Part shown: piece after piece, positions 9,301 through 20,591 of the stretch
How positions within the stretch are numbered: position 1 is the first letter of the stretch
Layout: the number at the start of each line of letters is the position of its first letter
NCBI GenBank assembly: GCA_020721905.1
Contig: DYLU01000005.1
Location: forward strand, 14,860-78,859
DNA: 64,000 nt
Direction: 5' to 3'
From: Leptospira biflexa
Lineage (GTDB): Bacteria; Spirochaetota; UBA4802; UB4802
The notes under the pieces: model-generated
Database searches by the model: none
What the model was told of the DNA's origin: nothing
The model's input: the letters and a program-made list of their open reading frames with translations, nothing else
Program-made: the position numbers and the translations under genes

Positions 9301-11847
9301 ACTTAAATCACCAATGTTTGCTGACAATATCTCATCTTTAGAATCATAACCGTACATTGCCAATGTCTGCTGATTACAATCAATTATTCTCCCCCCGCTT
9401 TCAGTAATTTCATCTATCATCATCGCATCGGTCGTGGAATCAAATATCTCTCTGAACTTCTGCTCGCTTTCACGAATTGTCTGTTCATCGATTTTTTTTA
9501 ATGTTATATCCTCATATGTTCCTAATACACCAATAATCTCTCCATTATAATTTTTTAATGGCTGTTTGCTTGTTCTAAGCCATTTAATTTTCCCATCTAT
9601 AGTTGTTTGTGGCTCTTCATATCCTAACTTAACCTTGCCCGTTTCAATTACCATACGGTCATCAGATCTATAAAGCTCAGATTGTTCTTTCCACCCCATA
9701 TCATAATCAGTTTTCCCAATTATCTCATCGGGCTTTTCAAAACCGGCATCCTTTGCAAATGGGAGATTACATCCCAGGTACTTTAAGTCTTTATCCTTCC
9801 AGAAGACCCCTACAGGAATAGTGTTCAAAACATTATCAATAAACAGTTTCGATTGTTGTAATGCTATTTCCGTTTCTTTTAATCTGGTTATATCTATATG
9901 AGTTCCATACATCATTAGTGGCTTACCATCAGGGGTCCAGGCTACAACTCGTCCTTTATCCAATACCCATATCCACTTGCCGCTCTTATGCTTCATTCGT
10001 ATTTCACATTCATAAAATGGCAGTTCCCCGCTAAAATGTTTTTGTAACAGTTTATGTGCTTTTTCTAAATCATCCGGATAAGTTAGTAATTCCCACGTTT
10101 TTAAGGATATTGGAGATAGTTCCTGTAAAGTATACCCCAGCATGTTTGCCCATATTTCATTAAATATTGTTTCCCCAGTCTGAACATTCCATTCCCATGT
10201 ACCAGCATTTGTTGCTTCTATGACGTTTTCCAATTTGCTGCTGTACTCAGCCAGTCTATATTCGGATTTCTTTCTTTCAGTTATATCAGTATACATTGCA
10301 AATGAACCAATATATTTCCCCTCTTCATCAATAATTGCTTTTTCTGTAACTATTACCCACAGTTCACTCCCATCTTTTTTCTTTCTTCTGTCTTCATATA
10401 CCTCATCTATACCCCTTGCTCGTTTTTCTTCTAAACGTTTTTTTAAAACGGGGATGTCTTCTTCAAAAACAAAATCATAAATTGGCTTCCCAATCATTTC
10501 CTCCTGAGTATATCCCAGCATATCAGCCATTGCTTTATTGACGTATGTCGTAATATGATTTTCAATCTTCCATATTCCTTCTTTTGCTGTTTCAACTAAA
10601 AGGCGAAACTGTTCCTCGCTTTTGCGCAGTAAACGCTCCGCTTTTTTTCTTTCAGTTACATCCCTCACTATAGCCTGAATGTATTTTTTACCTTCCAGTT
10701 CAAATGCGTTGAGGCTTACATCTGCATCAAATGGCGTTTTATCAAGCCTGCAATGTTCCCATTCAAAAAACTGAGGATAACCCTGTAAGGCTGCATTAAT
10801 CTTTTCCAGTGCTTTTTCTTTTGAGGATATCCCATCCGGCTGATAATCCGGCGAAAACAAATATGGCGGCTTGCCTATAATCTGCTCTCTTGTACAGCCA
10901 AACATCTCAAGTGTTTTTTGATTACAATCAATGAATATTTCTTTATCCATCAAAAATATGGCATCATTTGCTGACTCAAAGAGTGTACGGTATTTTGCTT
11001 CATTTTCTTTTAGCATCGTCTCCATTAACGTAATTGTGGTAATATCCTCGTGAATACCAACAAGCCCTATGATATTACCATCTTTATCCTTAATGGCATT
11101 GGCCCGCAAAAGAACATCTACAACGTTTTTATTTTTATCATACATTTTTACCTGACCATTCCATGAACCACCAGCTTTTATTGTTGAAAAAACTTCAATG
11201 CCAACTTTTTTTTCAACATATAGTGTTTCAAGTGGATTACTGCCAATACTGCCAAATAAATCATCAAATGCTTTGTTCTGGTAGTAGTGTTTCCCCTCAG
11301 GTGTTGACATGCCTATGGCATAGGAAGAATTTTCAACCAGATCTTTGAAAATAGCCAACTGGTCTTCAATCTTTTTCTTTCTGGTAATATCTCTGGATAT
11401 GACCATTATCCCTACTGGCTTACTTTTTGCATCGCGAATAAACGAAACCTGTGCTTCCAGCCATATTGTTGACCCATCTTTTTGGTAATGTTCCAGCTTT
11501 AGGATTCTGCTTCTCTTGGGATCTACTTTTTTACTTTTTTCTTTTTCTAATTCTTCCTTAAATACCTCAAGTGCCTTTTGCAATGAATCCGGCGTTAAGA
11601 TATGTTCAAGTTTTTGTTTTTTTACTTCATCAAGAGGGTATCCCCGTAATGTAACAATAGCCGGATTTACATAGACGATATTAAAATTCATATCAAATAT
11701 GGTGATAGCATCCGCACTGACATTGGCAATTATACTAAAAATGTCCCTATTATATAGGGGATTTACTGAATCGGTTTGAATACCATTATTGGTCCGGGAT
11801 GATATTATTTTTTTCTTAGCTGTTTTTTCTTTTTTTTTATTATTCAT
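6325..11847 (-). CDS. giant multi-PAS / GAF hybrid sensor histidine kinase with C-terminal receiver domain
   Basis: Ten PAS/PAC-type module ends are readable (e.g. [60 protein letters not shown]). There is one GAF-like module (IGFILNYDD...[22 protein letters not shown]) and an H-box [11 protein letters not shown]. ATPase boxes are [16 protein letters not shown] and GQGLGLA. The receiver is [13 protein letters not shown]...[12 protein letters not shown]...CKPF. Confidence 0.9.
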   Translation of the reverse strand: MNNKKKEKTAKKKIISSRTNNGIQTDSVNPLYNRDIFSIIANVSADAITIFDMNFNIVYVNPAIVTLRGYPLDEVKKQKLEHILTPDSLQKALEVFKEELEKEKSKKVDPKRSRILKLEHYQKDGSTIWLEAQVSFIRDAKSKPVGIMVISRDITRKKKIEDQLAIFKDLVENSSYAIGMSTPEGKHYYQNKAFDDLFGSIGSNPLETLYVEKKVGIEVFSTIKAGGSWNGQVKMYDKNKNVVDVLLRANAIKDKDGNIIGLVGIHEDITTITLMETMLKENEAKYRTLFESANDAIFLMDKEIFIDCNQKTLEMFGCTREQIIGKPPYLFSPDYQPDGISSKEKALEKINAALQGYPQFFEWEHCRLDKTPFDADVSLNAFELEGKKYIQAIVRDVTERKKAERLLRKSEEQFRLLVETAKEGIWKIENHITTYVNKAMADMLGYTQEEMIGKPIYDFVFEEDIPVLKKRLEEKRARGIDEVYEDRRKKKDGSELWVIVTEKAIIDEEGKYIGSFAMYTDITERKKSEYRLAEYSSKLENVIEATNAGTWEWNVQTGETIFNEIWANMLGYTLQELSPISLKTWELLTYPDDLEKAHKLLQKHFSGELPFYECEIRMKHKSGKWIWVLDKGRVVAWTPDGKPLMMYGTHIDITRLKETEIALQQSKLFIDNVLNTIPVGVFWKDKDLKYLGCNLPFAKDAGFEKPDEIIGKTDYDMGWKEQSELYRSDDRMVIETGKVKLGYEEPQTTIDGKIKWLRTSKQPLKNYNGEIIGVLGTYEDITLKKIDEQTIRESEQKFREIFDSTTDAMMIDEITESGGRIIDCNQQTLAMYGYDSKDEILSANIGDLSANVYPFTEEVAQEKIKLALQGEISTFEWLAKKKNGETFWVDVTLKQTVLAGKERILAIVRDIDSRKKAEQELKESEERYRSLAESTQDLIALHDMGGIIQYVNQAVINISGYTREEIIGKSILMFVPRKYRRLIYERHAKRLSGYLGIEQYETDFINKFGTFIPVQVTSTPIVKDGKIVSIMIVAHDLTQQKIAGELLIKNKERLEAAISILQYDAKDAHELFEYVLEKGLQLTASKIGFILNYDDTEKKFVLNAWSKEVMNECTIIEKPEVYYLDTAGIWAETVRQARPIIINNYKDKNPLKKGYPEGHVAIDRFLGIPVFRNKEIVATVGVANKETDYTEMDVLQLTLLMDAAWKSFERMQVTSALAESEAKFRTLADSSPMAIIVYQDNKFVYINEAAEQISGYNFEEVAHLNFWFLVHPEDKEMIINKVQLRHQGNQGLDSYEFRIISKDGQVKWVYVTSVTVQYRGRPAGLASILDITDRKKAEEELFEEKEKLRITLQSIGDGVIATDTDGRVVIINETAQHLTGYSQSEAMNKHLSEIFVIVHELSDKPLDNPVDKVLSTGHVYELSNHTVLVAKDGTRRVIADSAAPIKDKAGNILGVVLVFRDMTEKLQLIEQIQRAQKLESIGLLAGGIAHDFNNILEGVFGYIGLANAYVSDSTVSEMLANALKSIQRAKGLTGQLLTFSKGGQPVKKVQSIIPLLQDTVQFAISGSNVKAQFHIDDSPDNAEIDYNQISQVIQNIVINAVQAMPMGGTITIGAGNISFAKGEHPLLQGDYIRVTIADQGVGIPKEVLPKIFDPFFTTKSIGQGLGLATSYSIIARHQGTIEVESEPGKGTTFYIYIPATKKEPAQQKKVEERKVLKGGRVLVLDDEPMMREIMLKFLAHLGFSAVAVDDGRDAINMYIKEKESGTPFNALIFDMTIKGGMGGKDAIEEIRKFDKDIPAFVMSGYHEDPVLAHPRDYGFNGGLCKPFTLEELEAMLARYF

Positions 11848-12028
11848 GATACATATCCTTAGTTATCAATTAACAGCCCTTCCACTTATAACAATAATCG
11901 ATAACGTTGGAAAATACAACTAAAAATTTTGCTGTAAAAAATGGCTCTATATTACTTCCTCCTGATAGTAGTGCAATTTAGTTACATACAAATAGTGCTG
12001 CCAAAAACATAAGGTATAAAAAATCTAT

Positions 12029-13708
12029 TTATAAGATGTCGTCTTCTTCACTTTGCAAATACTGTAAAATCTTTCTTCGGATTGAGTCGGGAAGCCTGAT
12101 ACCAATTGTTTTTAATCTGTTTTCATATTTTTTGAACGAACGTACATGCTGGGATGTGGTAACAAAAATCCTAAAATATGAACGTATGCTACCTTCAACC
12201 TCCTTGCGAAATTCAATGTCCTGATTAAGCATATCCTCCAGTGGTGCAATAACACGATAATTTATGGGACGACAGATAGATCTATATGCAACAAACCGCT
12301 GTAAAGTTTCGGATTCGTAGTTCTTTTCTTTTATATTTTTTTCAACTTCGTTCAAGTCAATACAATCAAGCACCTCAAATTTATATTCATCATGCAATGC
12401 ATTGCGTATCATGGCTGCTGCATCCTTACAGCAGCTACACGACAAAATGTTATCAGGGCATTGCAGCCCACACCGCAAATACAGTACCATATCAATATCT
12501 GAACTTGGCTGTGATAATCCAACATTGACCGAACCAAGCACATCCATTGCAATGTCTTCAATAACAGGTTCAATACGCTTAACTATCTCCTCCATTTTTT
12601 CTACACGTAATTCCGATTCCTCGGTTTGGAACATACGGAAAAAATTTTTTATTTCTTTAAATAACTCAATTTCGGGTATATGTGAATACTGCTGAATATT
12701 CATATCAACATTCATTAATTTCTTTTTTGCATTATACCTTCCTTCATCAATGACGGTCTCTATCCAATCACCATCTTTTTTTACATACTCAGCCAGATCG
12801 TACACCCGTTCATTGTATATCTTACGGTACGAAACCTTTTCTATTGTAGTGCCATCCAGCTCAATCTGATAAAAAAACCCTCCCTCAAGCACATCATGGT
12901 GCACTGTTGTAATATCCCCAAATGGCGAGGGATTTAGATACAGTGTATGTTCAACCTCCTTCATGCCCCATGAACCGTGAATATGACCGGTTAAACACAG
13001 GATAACAGGATTATTGTCGCAATAGGTTCTAAGCGCCGGTGAACCTGTTGGACCAACAGGTGGCAGCCAGTCAAGCACTCCATGGGCAGGCTGATGGGTC
13101 ACAATGATTGTTGGGCGCACTGCTTTAAAAAAATTGTACATCTCATTTTTTCGGTCATCAATTCCAATACCGGCTCTATATGGCACAACATACTTTTGCG
13201 GTATCCCTGCCGTAAATACATCAGCTCCACCGTAACCGGCAATGATCTGATCATCTACCTGATGCCAGTGCAGGTGCAGGTCCCTGTCATGAAGCGATGT
13301 GTATTTTAAATCCATATCATAATTGCCAGGCAGTGCAAAAATATATGTTTGGGGTTTGAAGCTAAAAATATTTGCTAAAACCTTATACTTTTGCTGCATC
13401 ACTCTGCGTGCACGGATGGTGTACTGCTGGTATTTTGCACCCAATTCTGCTGTCTCTTCGGTGATATGCGGCATGTCCAGCAATTCATCAACAAAATCTT
13501 CCACTGAAACATCATCACGCCCCATCTGCTTGCGCATGGTGTCAAAATGCATCTGAAGTTCATGGTAGCGAATTGCGCTGTCCATATTGTAAAACGGGAT
13601 GTCAATCAAATCACCCGAGATGATATATACATCGGCTATTGTTTCATACAATATCTCTCTCACGCGTTCAAACGCGCCATGGACATCGGTGCAGTAAATG
13701 ATTCGCAC
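12029..13708 (-). CDS. calcineurin-like metallophosphoesterase fused to a Pol-beta-type nucleotidyltransferase domain
   Basis: Metallophosphoesterase motifs occur in order: CTDVHG, SGDLID, PGNYD, VTHQPAHG, TGHIHG. The C-terminal part carries a minimal NTase signature, GSVNVGLSQPSSDIDMVLYL. The ORF is open to a TTG at 13768, but a GTG at 13708 overlaps the lnt stop by 1 nt (TAGTG) and avoids a 61-nt overlap, so the start is uncertain. Confidence 0.7.
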   Translation of the reverse strand: MRIIYCTDVHGAFERVREILYETIADVYIISGDLIDIPFYNMDSAIRYHELQMHFDTMRKQMGRDDVSVEDFVDELLDMPHITEETAELGAKYQQYTIRARRVMQQKYKVLANIFSFKPQTYIFALPGNYDMDLKYTSLHDRDLHLHWHQVDDQIIAGYGGADVFTAGIPQKYVVPYRAGIGIDDRKNEMYNFFKAVRPTIIVTHQPAHGVLDWLPPVGPTGSPALRTYCDNNPVILCLTGHIHGSWGMKEVEHTLYLNPSPFGDITTVHHDVLEGGFFYQIELDGTTIEKVSYRKIYNERVYDLAEYVKKDGDWIETVIDEGRYNAKKKLMNVDMNIQQYSHIPEIELFKEIKNFFRMFQTEESELRVEKMEEIVKRIEPVIEDIAMDVLGSVNVGLSQPSSDIDMVLYLRCGLQCPDNILSCSCCKDAAAMIRNALHDEYKFEVLDCIDLNEVEKNIKEKNYESETLQRFVAYRSICRPINYRVIAPLEDMLNQDIEFRKEVEGSIRSYFRIFVTTSQHVRSFKKYENRLKTIGIRLPDSIRRKILQYLQSEEDDIL

Positions 13709-15303
13709 TATCGTTTCCTTTTCATGGTAAGAAATCTTTTTCCAGTTACTATCGCCAAAAGTATACAAACAAAAGCAAAGGATATATACAGCAAACTGTC
13801 GCCAATATATCTATACACTGTTTTTGTATTTTGCGTTATATCCATTTCCCCCACACAGTATGTTTTTTCCATCAGCGGAACTGATGTTGTAATACGCCCA
13901 TACGGATCTATGAGTGCTGTAAAACCTGAATTGCCCGCACTGACAAACCATATACCATTTTCAATTGCCCTGAAAACGGAAAAGTAAAAGTGCTGCATGG
14001 GACCAACCGGATTTTCCGTCCACAAAAGGTTGGTGATGTTTACATAAAAATCAATACCTGCATTTGCATAATGCCTGCATAACGTGTGAAATATATTTTC
14101 ATAGCATATTAGGGGGGCACATCTGAACGAACCAATGGCAAAGATACGCGGGCTGTCACCGGGCATAAAGTTTGAACCGCCAAATGCATCAATGATGTCA
14201 TTCACAAACGGGAAAAGCTGGCCGTACGGAAACCACTCGCCAAATGGTACTAAATGTATCTTGGCATACGTGTCAACAACCTGCCTTGCCGGATTTATAA
14301 GCACCATACTGTTTTGCGGATAAAACCGCCTGTTTACTACATCTTCAACAATGCCAATCTCACCGGTTAACAGGGGCACACGGTTCTCTGCGGCAAGTGC
14401 CAGCACTTCTTCTTCAAAATGATTCAGATTACCATTGAAGTAGCTATATGAAATATCTTCAAGCGTTGCGGATTCTGACCATACTATAATATCAGGTTCA
14501 TGCTGCATAGCCTGCTGTGTTAACGTTTTAAGAATATCCAGATAAAAATATTTGTTTTGTGTCCAGTTTTCCCATGGCGAAAAACACGACTGCACCATTG
14601 CTACTCTAATGTGAGAATTCTTTGAAACAGGATGATTGTGCAATCGCAGTACACCATACATACTTGAAGCAATGACAACACAAACTGCCACAATACACGC
14701 CAATAAAGCAGGGCGATAGTTACTGTTAAAAAGCTTTGCCTGTATTAATTCAGCAATGCTGATATTGGCAAACACTATGATGAATGTAATACCATAAATT
14801 CCGGTTATTGATGCTATCTGAATGAAATTAACAAACGGATATTGCGTATAGCCTAAAAAATTCCAGGGGAACGCCATGGTACCAATGGTTTGTATCCAGT
14901 CAAAGCAAATCCACACTGCAGGATAAATTACCAAACGCAACGCTTCAAACTTACGCGAAAAATATTCGGCAACCAGTATTTTTGTTGCAAAAAAAACTGA
15001 GATGCACGGAATAATTAAAGCTACAATCACAACCTTGCCATACCATAAAGCCTGTCCAAAATCGCCCATCCAGTAGTATACAACACCAAATCCAAAAAGT
15101 CCGGTAATGAATGATGTTATGTAAACTTCCTTCAGCGGTTTATTATGTATGTACACAAATAGAGGAACAAGACACACCCACGCAAACACTGACAAAAGCG
15201 GTAAAGATAAATTTAAAGGTGTTAAAAACGAAACATAGAACAATAGTACTGTAAGCCCATAATAATGCTCTGAAACCTGACGCAGCAACTGTTTAGTTTT
15301 CAT
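13708..15303 (-). CDS. lnt: apolipoprotein N-acyltransferase
   Basis: Multi-TM N-terminal half followed by a CN-hydrolase domain (IIVWSESA, HLVPFGEWFP, APLICYE). Length and architecture are typical of Lnt. Its start overlaps the ligA stop by 1 nt (TAATG). Confidence 0.9.
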   Translation of the reverse strand: MKTKQLLRQVSEHYYGLTVLLFYVSFLTPLNLSLPLLSVFAWVCLVPLFVYIHNKPLKEVYITSFITGLFGFGVVYYWMGDFGQALWYGKVVIVALIIPCISVFFATKILVAEYFSRKFEALRLVIYPAVWICFDWIQTIGTMAFPWNFLGYTQYPFVNFIQIASITGIYGITFIIVFANISIAELIQAKLFNSNYRPALLACIVAVCVVIASSMYGVLRLHNHPVSKNSHIRVAMVQSCFSPWENWTQNKYFYLDILKTLTQQAMQHEPDIIVWSESATLEDISYSYFNGNLNHFEEEVLALAAENRVPLLTGEIGIVEDVVNRRFYPQNSMVLINPARQVVDTYAKIHLVPFGEWFPYGQLFPFVNDIIDAFGGSNFMPGDSPRIFAIGSFRCAPLICYENIFHTLCRHYANAGIDFYVNITNLLWTENPVGPMQHFYFSVFRAIENGIWFVSAGNSGFTALIDPYGRITTSVPLMEKTYCVGEMDITQNTKTVYRYIGDSLLYISFAFVCILLAIVTGKRFLTMKRKR

Positions 15304-17297
15304 TATTCCCTGCCCACCATCTTTAAAAATTCTTCTTCTGATAGTATTCGCACAGCAAGCGTTTGTGCCTTTTCAAGTTTGGAACCAGCCTCTGTGCCTG
15401 CAACAACAAAATGAGTTTTTTTGCTTACTGAGCTTGAAGCCTTCCCACCCAAAGATTCAATCAGACTTTCTGCCTCCTGCCGTGACATGCTTTTCAGCGT
15501 TCCCGTAAATACAACCGTTTGACCTTTAAACGGATTTTCAAAAGCCTCTTCCACAACTTCTTCTTTTACAACAACTCCATTGCTCAGCATCTTTTTAATA
15601 ATTTTCAACGACTCCTCATCACGGAAAAAATCATACACTGATTGTGCAACACCCGGTCCTATTTCAGGTATTTGCATAAGTTCCTGTGGCGATAGCTCCC
15701 GTAATTTATTAAGCGAGCGTATATGGCGGGCAATGACCTTTGCTATATGGTCACCAACATTACGAATACCCAGTGCCCGTAAAAATTGTGACAGGCTGAC
15801 TTCTCTTCGCTGATTAATGGAATCTATTATTTTATCTACGATTTTATCACCCATCCGTTCAACCTGCAAAAGGTCATCACGCGTAAGTGCATAAATATCG
15901 GCAATCGTTTTTATCTTCTTCTGTTCATACAAACGTTTGAGCAACTCAGGACCAACATATTCAATGTCCATCCCATCCTTTGAAACAAAGAAACACAGTG
16001 TTTCATACTCTTTAGCAGGGCACGATGGATTAATACATCTAATATATATGTCTTCCTTCATAAGCTCTGTATGACAGGAAGGACACGTTGTAGGTGCTAC
16101 AATTTCCTTAGCATCGTTGGGACTTTTATCAGTCAATACTTCAACAACTTTAGGAATAACATCACCAGCCCTAATAACCTTCACCGTATCGCCAATCTTT
16201 ATATTAAGCCGCTTAACCTCCTGAAAGTTATGAAGCGTAGCGCGCTTGACTATCACTCCACCAATATTAATGGGCTCCAGATTTGCAACAGGGGTAATAA
16301 GGCCAGTACGCCCAACCTGATAGTCAACTGATTTTAGTACCGTAATTGCTTCCCGTGCAGGAAACTTCCATGCAATAGCCCAGCGTGGCGCTTTTGAAGT
16401 GCTACCCATTGTATCGCGCACATCAATACGGTTTACCTTTACCACAACGCCATCAATATCAAAATCAAGCGTATACCTGTTTTCCATCCAGTATGTATAA
16501 AACTTTTTTATATCGTGCAAAGAACCAACCATATAGTAATGCGGTGCAGGTAAGCCTAATTCATTAAACAATTCATATAACTGGCTTTGTGTCTGTACTC
16601 TTCCTGCAGGCTCCATTTTTCCAATGCCGTACAGTACAATATCAAGCTCTCGCTCTGCGGTAATTGCAGGATCAAGTTGCCTCAGCGAACCGGCCGCCGC
16701 ATTACGGGGATTGGCAAATTCAGGCTCATCATTTTGTCTTCGGTGCTCATTCAGACGCTCAAACTCGCCATGGCGCATGATAACCTCACCACGAACACTG
16801 ATATATTCAGGAAAATTGCCTTTTAAGCGTGCAGGTACTTTTTTTATAGTTGCAATATTTTCTGATACATCTTCACCAACTTCACCATCACCGCGTGTTG
16901 AACCCTGTATATATAATCCATTTTCATATACAAGCTCAACAGCAAGCCCGTCATATTTCAATTCAGCACAGTACTCAATAGCAAAATTTCCCAGCAGTTT
17001 GCCACAACGCTGGTGAAAATCATTCATATCGGCTTCATCCATGGCATTGTTTAAACTCAGCATTGGCGGATCATGGCGCACCTGGTTAAATGATGTCTGA
17101 ATAACAGCACCAACAGTTTTTGTGGGTGAATCCTCACGCACAATATCAGGATATTGTTCCTCGATGGATATAAGTTCTTTCATTAAGCCATCATAGGTAG
17201 CATCATCAACCAGAGGCTTATCAAGTGTGTAATAATAGTAATTATATTTTTTTATCAATGCAACGAGTTCATCATAGCGCTTCTTTATTTTCTCCAT
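15303..17297 (-). CDS. ligA: NAD-dependent DNA ligase
   Basis: Adenylation motif CELKYDGLAV, a Zn-finger Cys cluster (CPSCHTEL...CINPSCPA), HhH region and C-terminal BRCT (FKGQTVVFTGTL...SVSKKTHFVVAG). Confidence 0.97.
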   Translation of the reverse strand: MEKIKKRYDELVALIKKYNYYYYTLDKPLVDDATYDGLMKELISIEEQYPDIVREDSPTKTVGAVIQTSFNQVRHDPPMLSLNNAMDEADMNDFHQRCGKLLGNFAIEYCAELKYDGLAVELVYENGLYIQGSTRGDGEVGEDVSENIATIKKVPARLKGNFPEYISVRGEVIMRHGEFERLNEHRRQNDEPEFANPRNAAAGSLRQLDPAITAERELDIVLYGIGKMEPAGRVQTQSQLYELFNELGLPAPHYYMVGSLHDIKKFYTYWMENRYTLDFDIDGVVVKVNRIDVRDTMGSTSKAPRWAIAWKFPAREAITVLKSVDYQVGRTGLITPVANLEPINIGGVIVKRATLHNFQEVKRLNIKIGDTVKVIRAGDVIPKVVEVLTDKSPNDAKEIVAPTTCPSCHTELMKEDIYIRCINPSCPAKEYETLCFFVSKDGMDIEYVGPELLKRLYEQKKIKTIADIYALTRDDLLQVERMGDKIVDKIIDSINQRREVSLSQFLRALGIRNVGDHIAKVIARHIRSLNKLRELSPQELMQIPEIGPGVAQSVYDFFRDEESLKIIKKMLSNGVVVKEEVVEEAFENPFKGQTVVFTGTLKSMSRQEAESLIESLGGKASSSVSKKTHFVVAGTEAGSKLEKAQTLAVRILSEEEFLKMVGRE

Positions 17298-17628
17298 TGT
17301 ACCCCCTTGCCAGAAAACCTTTTTTAATATTACGTATTCATGTTGTACTGATATTTACATACTTTTGGTAGTATTGCTTATTAATAAAATATTTTAAGGC
17401 CTTTATCATTAAAAAATGCAATTGTATACTTTTGTATTACAAACAAGCAATTAAATAAAATACATGATAGTAAATCACCATACACTATGACAGTTTCATA
17501 ACCCCGGATGTATTAAAGCACAATCATGATTGTTTCATGGTGAAACAGTAAAATCTAATTGACGTAATAACAAAAGCAATGCTTTTTTACATTTTGCAAC
17601 CATGAATTTTACGTAATAGAGGCACATA

Positions 17629-18618
17629 ATGCAACTAAAAAAAGAAATCAAAACAATAACACTGAAAGACCCATTTCAGCAGTTTAAAGAAGCACAGCGG
17701 GTTAATGAAATACGATATTGTCCATTAACAGGCCAGAGTACACGGTTGTTAGGATTATCCTTAAAAGAATTTGCCACCGCTGACCGCTCTGCAATGATTG
17801 AAGAATCACAAAAAGCATGTCCCTTTTGCCCCGGGCTTGTCCAAGCTCTGACCCCAAAATTTACGCCACCATTCCGTGAATATTATGAATATGGCAATGC
17901 CCGATGTTTTCCCAATGCCTTCCCCTATGATGAAAATAACGCTGTAGTAACCATAACCAGTCAGCACTACGTACCCATTAATGGCTTTAGCCATCAGATG
18001 TTGCAGGAAGCCTTTGAATGCGCTTTGCTCTTTTTGTCCGATATTGACCCTGAACAATATCCCTACCAATCAATAAACTGGAATTATATGCCGGTTGCCG
18101 GCAGTTCACTTGTTCATCCGCACTTCCAGATCATTGCTTCATCTACACCATCAAATTATTATGCCAATATACTGTCAAACCTGCAAAAAAATCCCAATCT
18201 TTTTATGGATTACATTAACACTGAAAAGAACTTAAATGAACGGCTTATAGAAATTATGGGCGATAGTACCTGGTTAATAGCCTTTGCTCCAAGGGGCCAG
18301 TTTGACATACTTGGCATACTTCATGAATGTACTCCATTACATACAGTAACAGGAAAACTTGATTCTGTAATTACCTATATACGCAAAACATTGCAGTTTT
18401 TCCATCATAAAAAAATTGATAACTTCAATATGGCTTTTTACAGTGTTGCAAATAACAAATCATTTTCACCACATATACGACTATGTCCGCGTGTTACCTT
18501 TCCGCCACATGCAACAAGTGAAATCAACTATCTTCAGATGTTGCATAATGATTCATTCACATTGCTGAATCCTGAAATAATTGCTGAAGAGTTTAAGTCA
18601 TTTCATTTTGACTTATAA
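17629..18618 (+). CDS. GalT-like HIT-superfamily nucleotidyltransferase (galactose-1-phosphate uridylyltransferase family-like)
   Basis: Zn-site-like CPFCPG and the histidine-triad-type active-site motif SLVHPHFQI. Size is about that of type-1 GalT. The exact substrate cannot be inferred. Confidence 0.6.
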   Translation: MQLKKEIKTITLKDPFQQFKEAQRVNEIRYCPLTGQSTRLLGLSLKEFATADRSAMIEESQKACPFCPGLVQALTPKFTPPFREYYEYGNARCFPNAFPYDENNAVVTITSQHYVPINGFSHQMLQEAFECALLFLSDIDPEQYPYQSINWNYMPVAGSSLVHPHFQIIASSTPSNYYANILSNLQKNPNLFMDYINTEKNLNERLIEIMGDSTWLIAFAPRGQFDILGILHECTPLHTVTGKLDSVITYIRKTLQFFHHKKIDNFNMAFYSVANNKSFSPHIRLCPRVTFPPHATSEINYLQMLHNDSFTLLNPEIIAEEFKSFHFDL

Positions 18619-18876
18619 TATTTATTGACAAATGATTACACCTTTGACCAATCTTGTCTTTTACCTTGCATGCCCCCATACTATGGGCTTTATCAGGAAA
18701 GGTAGACTGTATTCGTGATGGATGAAAAAAGTCCAAGATTATGTAATCAAAAATCTTTAGTTTTTGTATAATATTTCATGTAAAATATTGCTATTTTAAA
18801 ACAATCTGTATATATTATTTTATAAGATTATAGAATGCTATACCATAAATACATATATTAGGATAAGAGGCCGGAT

Positions 18877-19836
18877 ATGCTGCAGAATGTGTTGCAGAAA
18901 TACAACTCAAAGATTCATCTGGAAGAGTTTTTGACGTTTGGCATGGCATTATTTCTTAATATATTAATTATTATTTTTTCGCACATTACGCTGGCACCTG
19001 TAATTTTTACCATAAATACTATCATTATGTTGCTTATTATTGCAACAGTTTATGCACAGCGTTATGCCACTTCCACACTATTTACCATTTATAGGGACTG
19101 GTATATATTACCCCTTCTTGTAACAATATTTATGGAACATAATAAACTGGTACCCCTTATTAACCCTCATGATATCGATAGTTATTTAATAAAAATAGAT
19201 TATGCACTTTTTTTAGGAAATCATCCAACGGTTCTGCTGGAAAGTGTTCTGTATCCGTTTTTTACTGAACTTTTACAGATAGTGTATGCAAGTTTTTATT
19301 TTTTACCTTTTACACTATGCTTATTATTATATCTCAAAGAAAGAAAAGTTGAATTTCACATCGTTGCTTCCACATTAATGCTTGGATTTTATTTATCATA
19401 TATTGGCTATTATATATTCCCCGCCATTGGCCCACGGTTTACTCTCACTCATCTTCAGACTAAACCTCTTGAAGGGTTATTGCTGTTTAACTTTATCCAT
19501 CATGGACTGGCATATTTAGAAGGTGTTACACGCGATTGTTTCCCCAGTGGCCATACATTGGTATCAATTCTGACAGTACTTCTTGCTGTAAAATTTCACA
19601 AGAAATTCAGCGTTATTGCAACTTCATGGGCATTGTTGCTGATTATATCAACTGTGTATCTGCGCTACCACTATGTCATTGATGTCATAGCTGGATTTTT
19701 TATTGGCCTGGCTACATTTCGATATGGCCCTGTACTTGCACGCCTGTATATCTTTGGCAGTGCTGAAACTTCTACCCCAGTGCTTGATTATTTACGTAAC
19801 TGGTGGGATTGGATTTCTGAATTCAGAAAACGGTAA
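18877..19836 (+). CDS. PAP2-superfamily integral membrane protein (lipid phosphatase / phosphotransferase-like)
   Basis: Polytopic membrane protein with PAP2 C2/C3-like motifs: CFPSGHTLVS and YLRYHYVIDVIAG. Confidence 0.6.
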   Translation: MLQNVLQKYNSKIHLEEFLTFGMALFLNILIIIFSHITLAPVIFTINTIIMLLIIATVYAQRYATSTLFTIYRDWYILPLLVTIFMEHNKLVPLINPHDIDSYLIKIDYALFLGNHPTVLLESVLYPFFTELLQIVYASFYFLPFTLCLLLYLKERKVEFHIVASTLMLGFYLSYIGYYIFPAIGPRFTLTHLQTKPLEGLLLFNFIHHGLAYLEGVTRDCFPSGHTLVSILTVLLAVKFHKKFSVIATSWALLLIISTVYLRYHYVIDVIAGFFIGLATFRYGPVLARLYIFGSAETSTPVLDYLRNWWDWISEFRKR

Positions 19837-19841
19837 CAGTA

Positions 19842-20570
19842 TTATAAAATAAAATAACCATATATATACAAAGCTATTCCTAAAACTAAAAACAACAATG
19901 TCTTGAGTAATAGTGTTTCTTTTTCACGAATAAATATATCAATAAATGCCAGCAGTATACCAAAAGCTGCCGAAACAATACCTGCTTTAATAAAATCTAA
20001 ACTGTAAAAATATATACCACCAACAGTTGCACCGCCAATACCAATATCCATCATATCACGTATTCTAACTTTTCGTTTTGAAACAACTGTGGTTTCTTTT
20101 TTAACAAACGATGGAACTTCTTCTGGCTTGAAATACCGTTTTCGGGTTTTTTCCAGTTCTTCCTGCCGCTTTTTCTTTTTAGCCGCTATCTCCTCAGGGC
20201 TTTCTCCTATTCCATAATGTTTGTTTATAAGTTTTATAACATCTTTATTGGGAATTGTGGATATGAGTTCAGCACGTTTTTCAAGTTTTTCCTGCAAACT
20301 TACCGGCCTGCCTGATGTAGCATTTCGTTCTGCAGAGATACGACCTTTATCGATTACCGCATAATAAGGGTTCCCACCTTCTTCGCTATCTTCAAGGTAT
20401 ATACGTACCCTTTTATCTTTAAAATTATAATCTACCCGTATATAATCGCCATTCTCAGCATTGCAGTAAAAAACCCTCTGGTAGCCACGGATTTCTGACG
20501 GCCTTCGTTTCCAGTAGGTCTTTTTTGTTTCAGTGATTGTAACCGGTTTTTTTTGTATTCTTCTCCGCAT
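19842..20570 (-). CDS. hypothetical protein with basic soluble N-terminal part and C-terminal TM helices
   Basis: ORF with ATG start. C-terminal hydrophobic helices (IGIGGATVGGIYFY, GIVSAAFGILLAFIDIF, LLFLVLGIALYIYGYFIL). No recognisable family. Confidence 0.5.
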   Translation of the reverse strand: MRRRIQKKPVTITETKKTYWKRRPSEIRGYQRVFYCNAENGDYIRVDYNFKDKRVRIYLEDSEEGGNPYYAVIDKGRISAERNATSGRPVSLQEKLEKRAELISTIPNKDVIKLINKHYGIGESPEEIAAKKKKRQEELEKTRKRYFKPEEVPSFVKKETTVVSKRKVRIRDMMDIGIGGATVGGIYFYSLDFIKAGIVSAAFGILLAFIDIFIREKETLLLKTLLFLVLGIALYIYGYFIL

Positions 20571-20591
20571 TATATAACCTGATTATATGGT

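Noticed and set aside
17529-17549. Hairpin ATTGTTTCA-TGG-TGAAACAGT upstream of the GalT-like gene as a riboswitch or attenuator.
   Set aside because: It is a single short stem with a 3-nt loop and no alternative pairing, no T-tract and no resemblance to a known riboswitch core.
18661-18690. Small hairpin CCCAT-ACT-ATGGG followed by CTTT after the GalT-like gene as a terminator.
   Set aside because: It has only 5 bp with a 3-nt loop and a very short T run, which is too weak to call.
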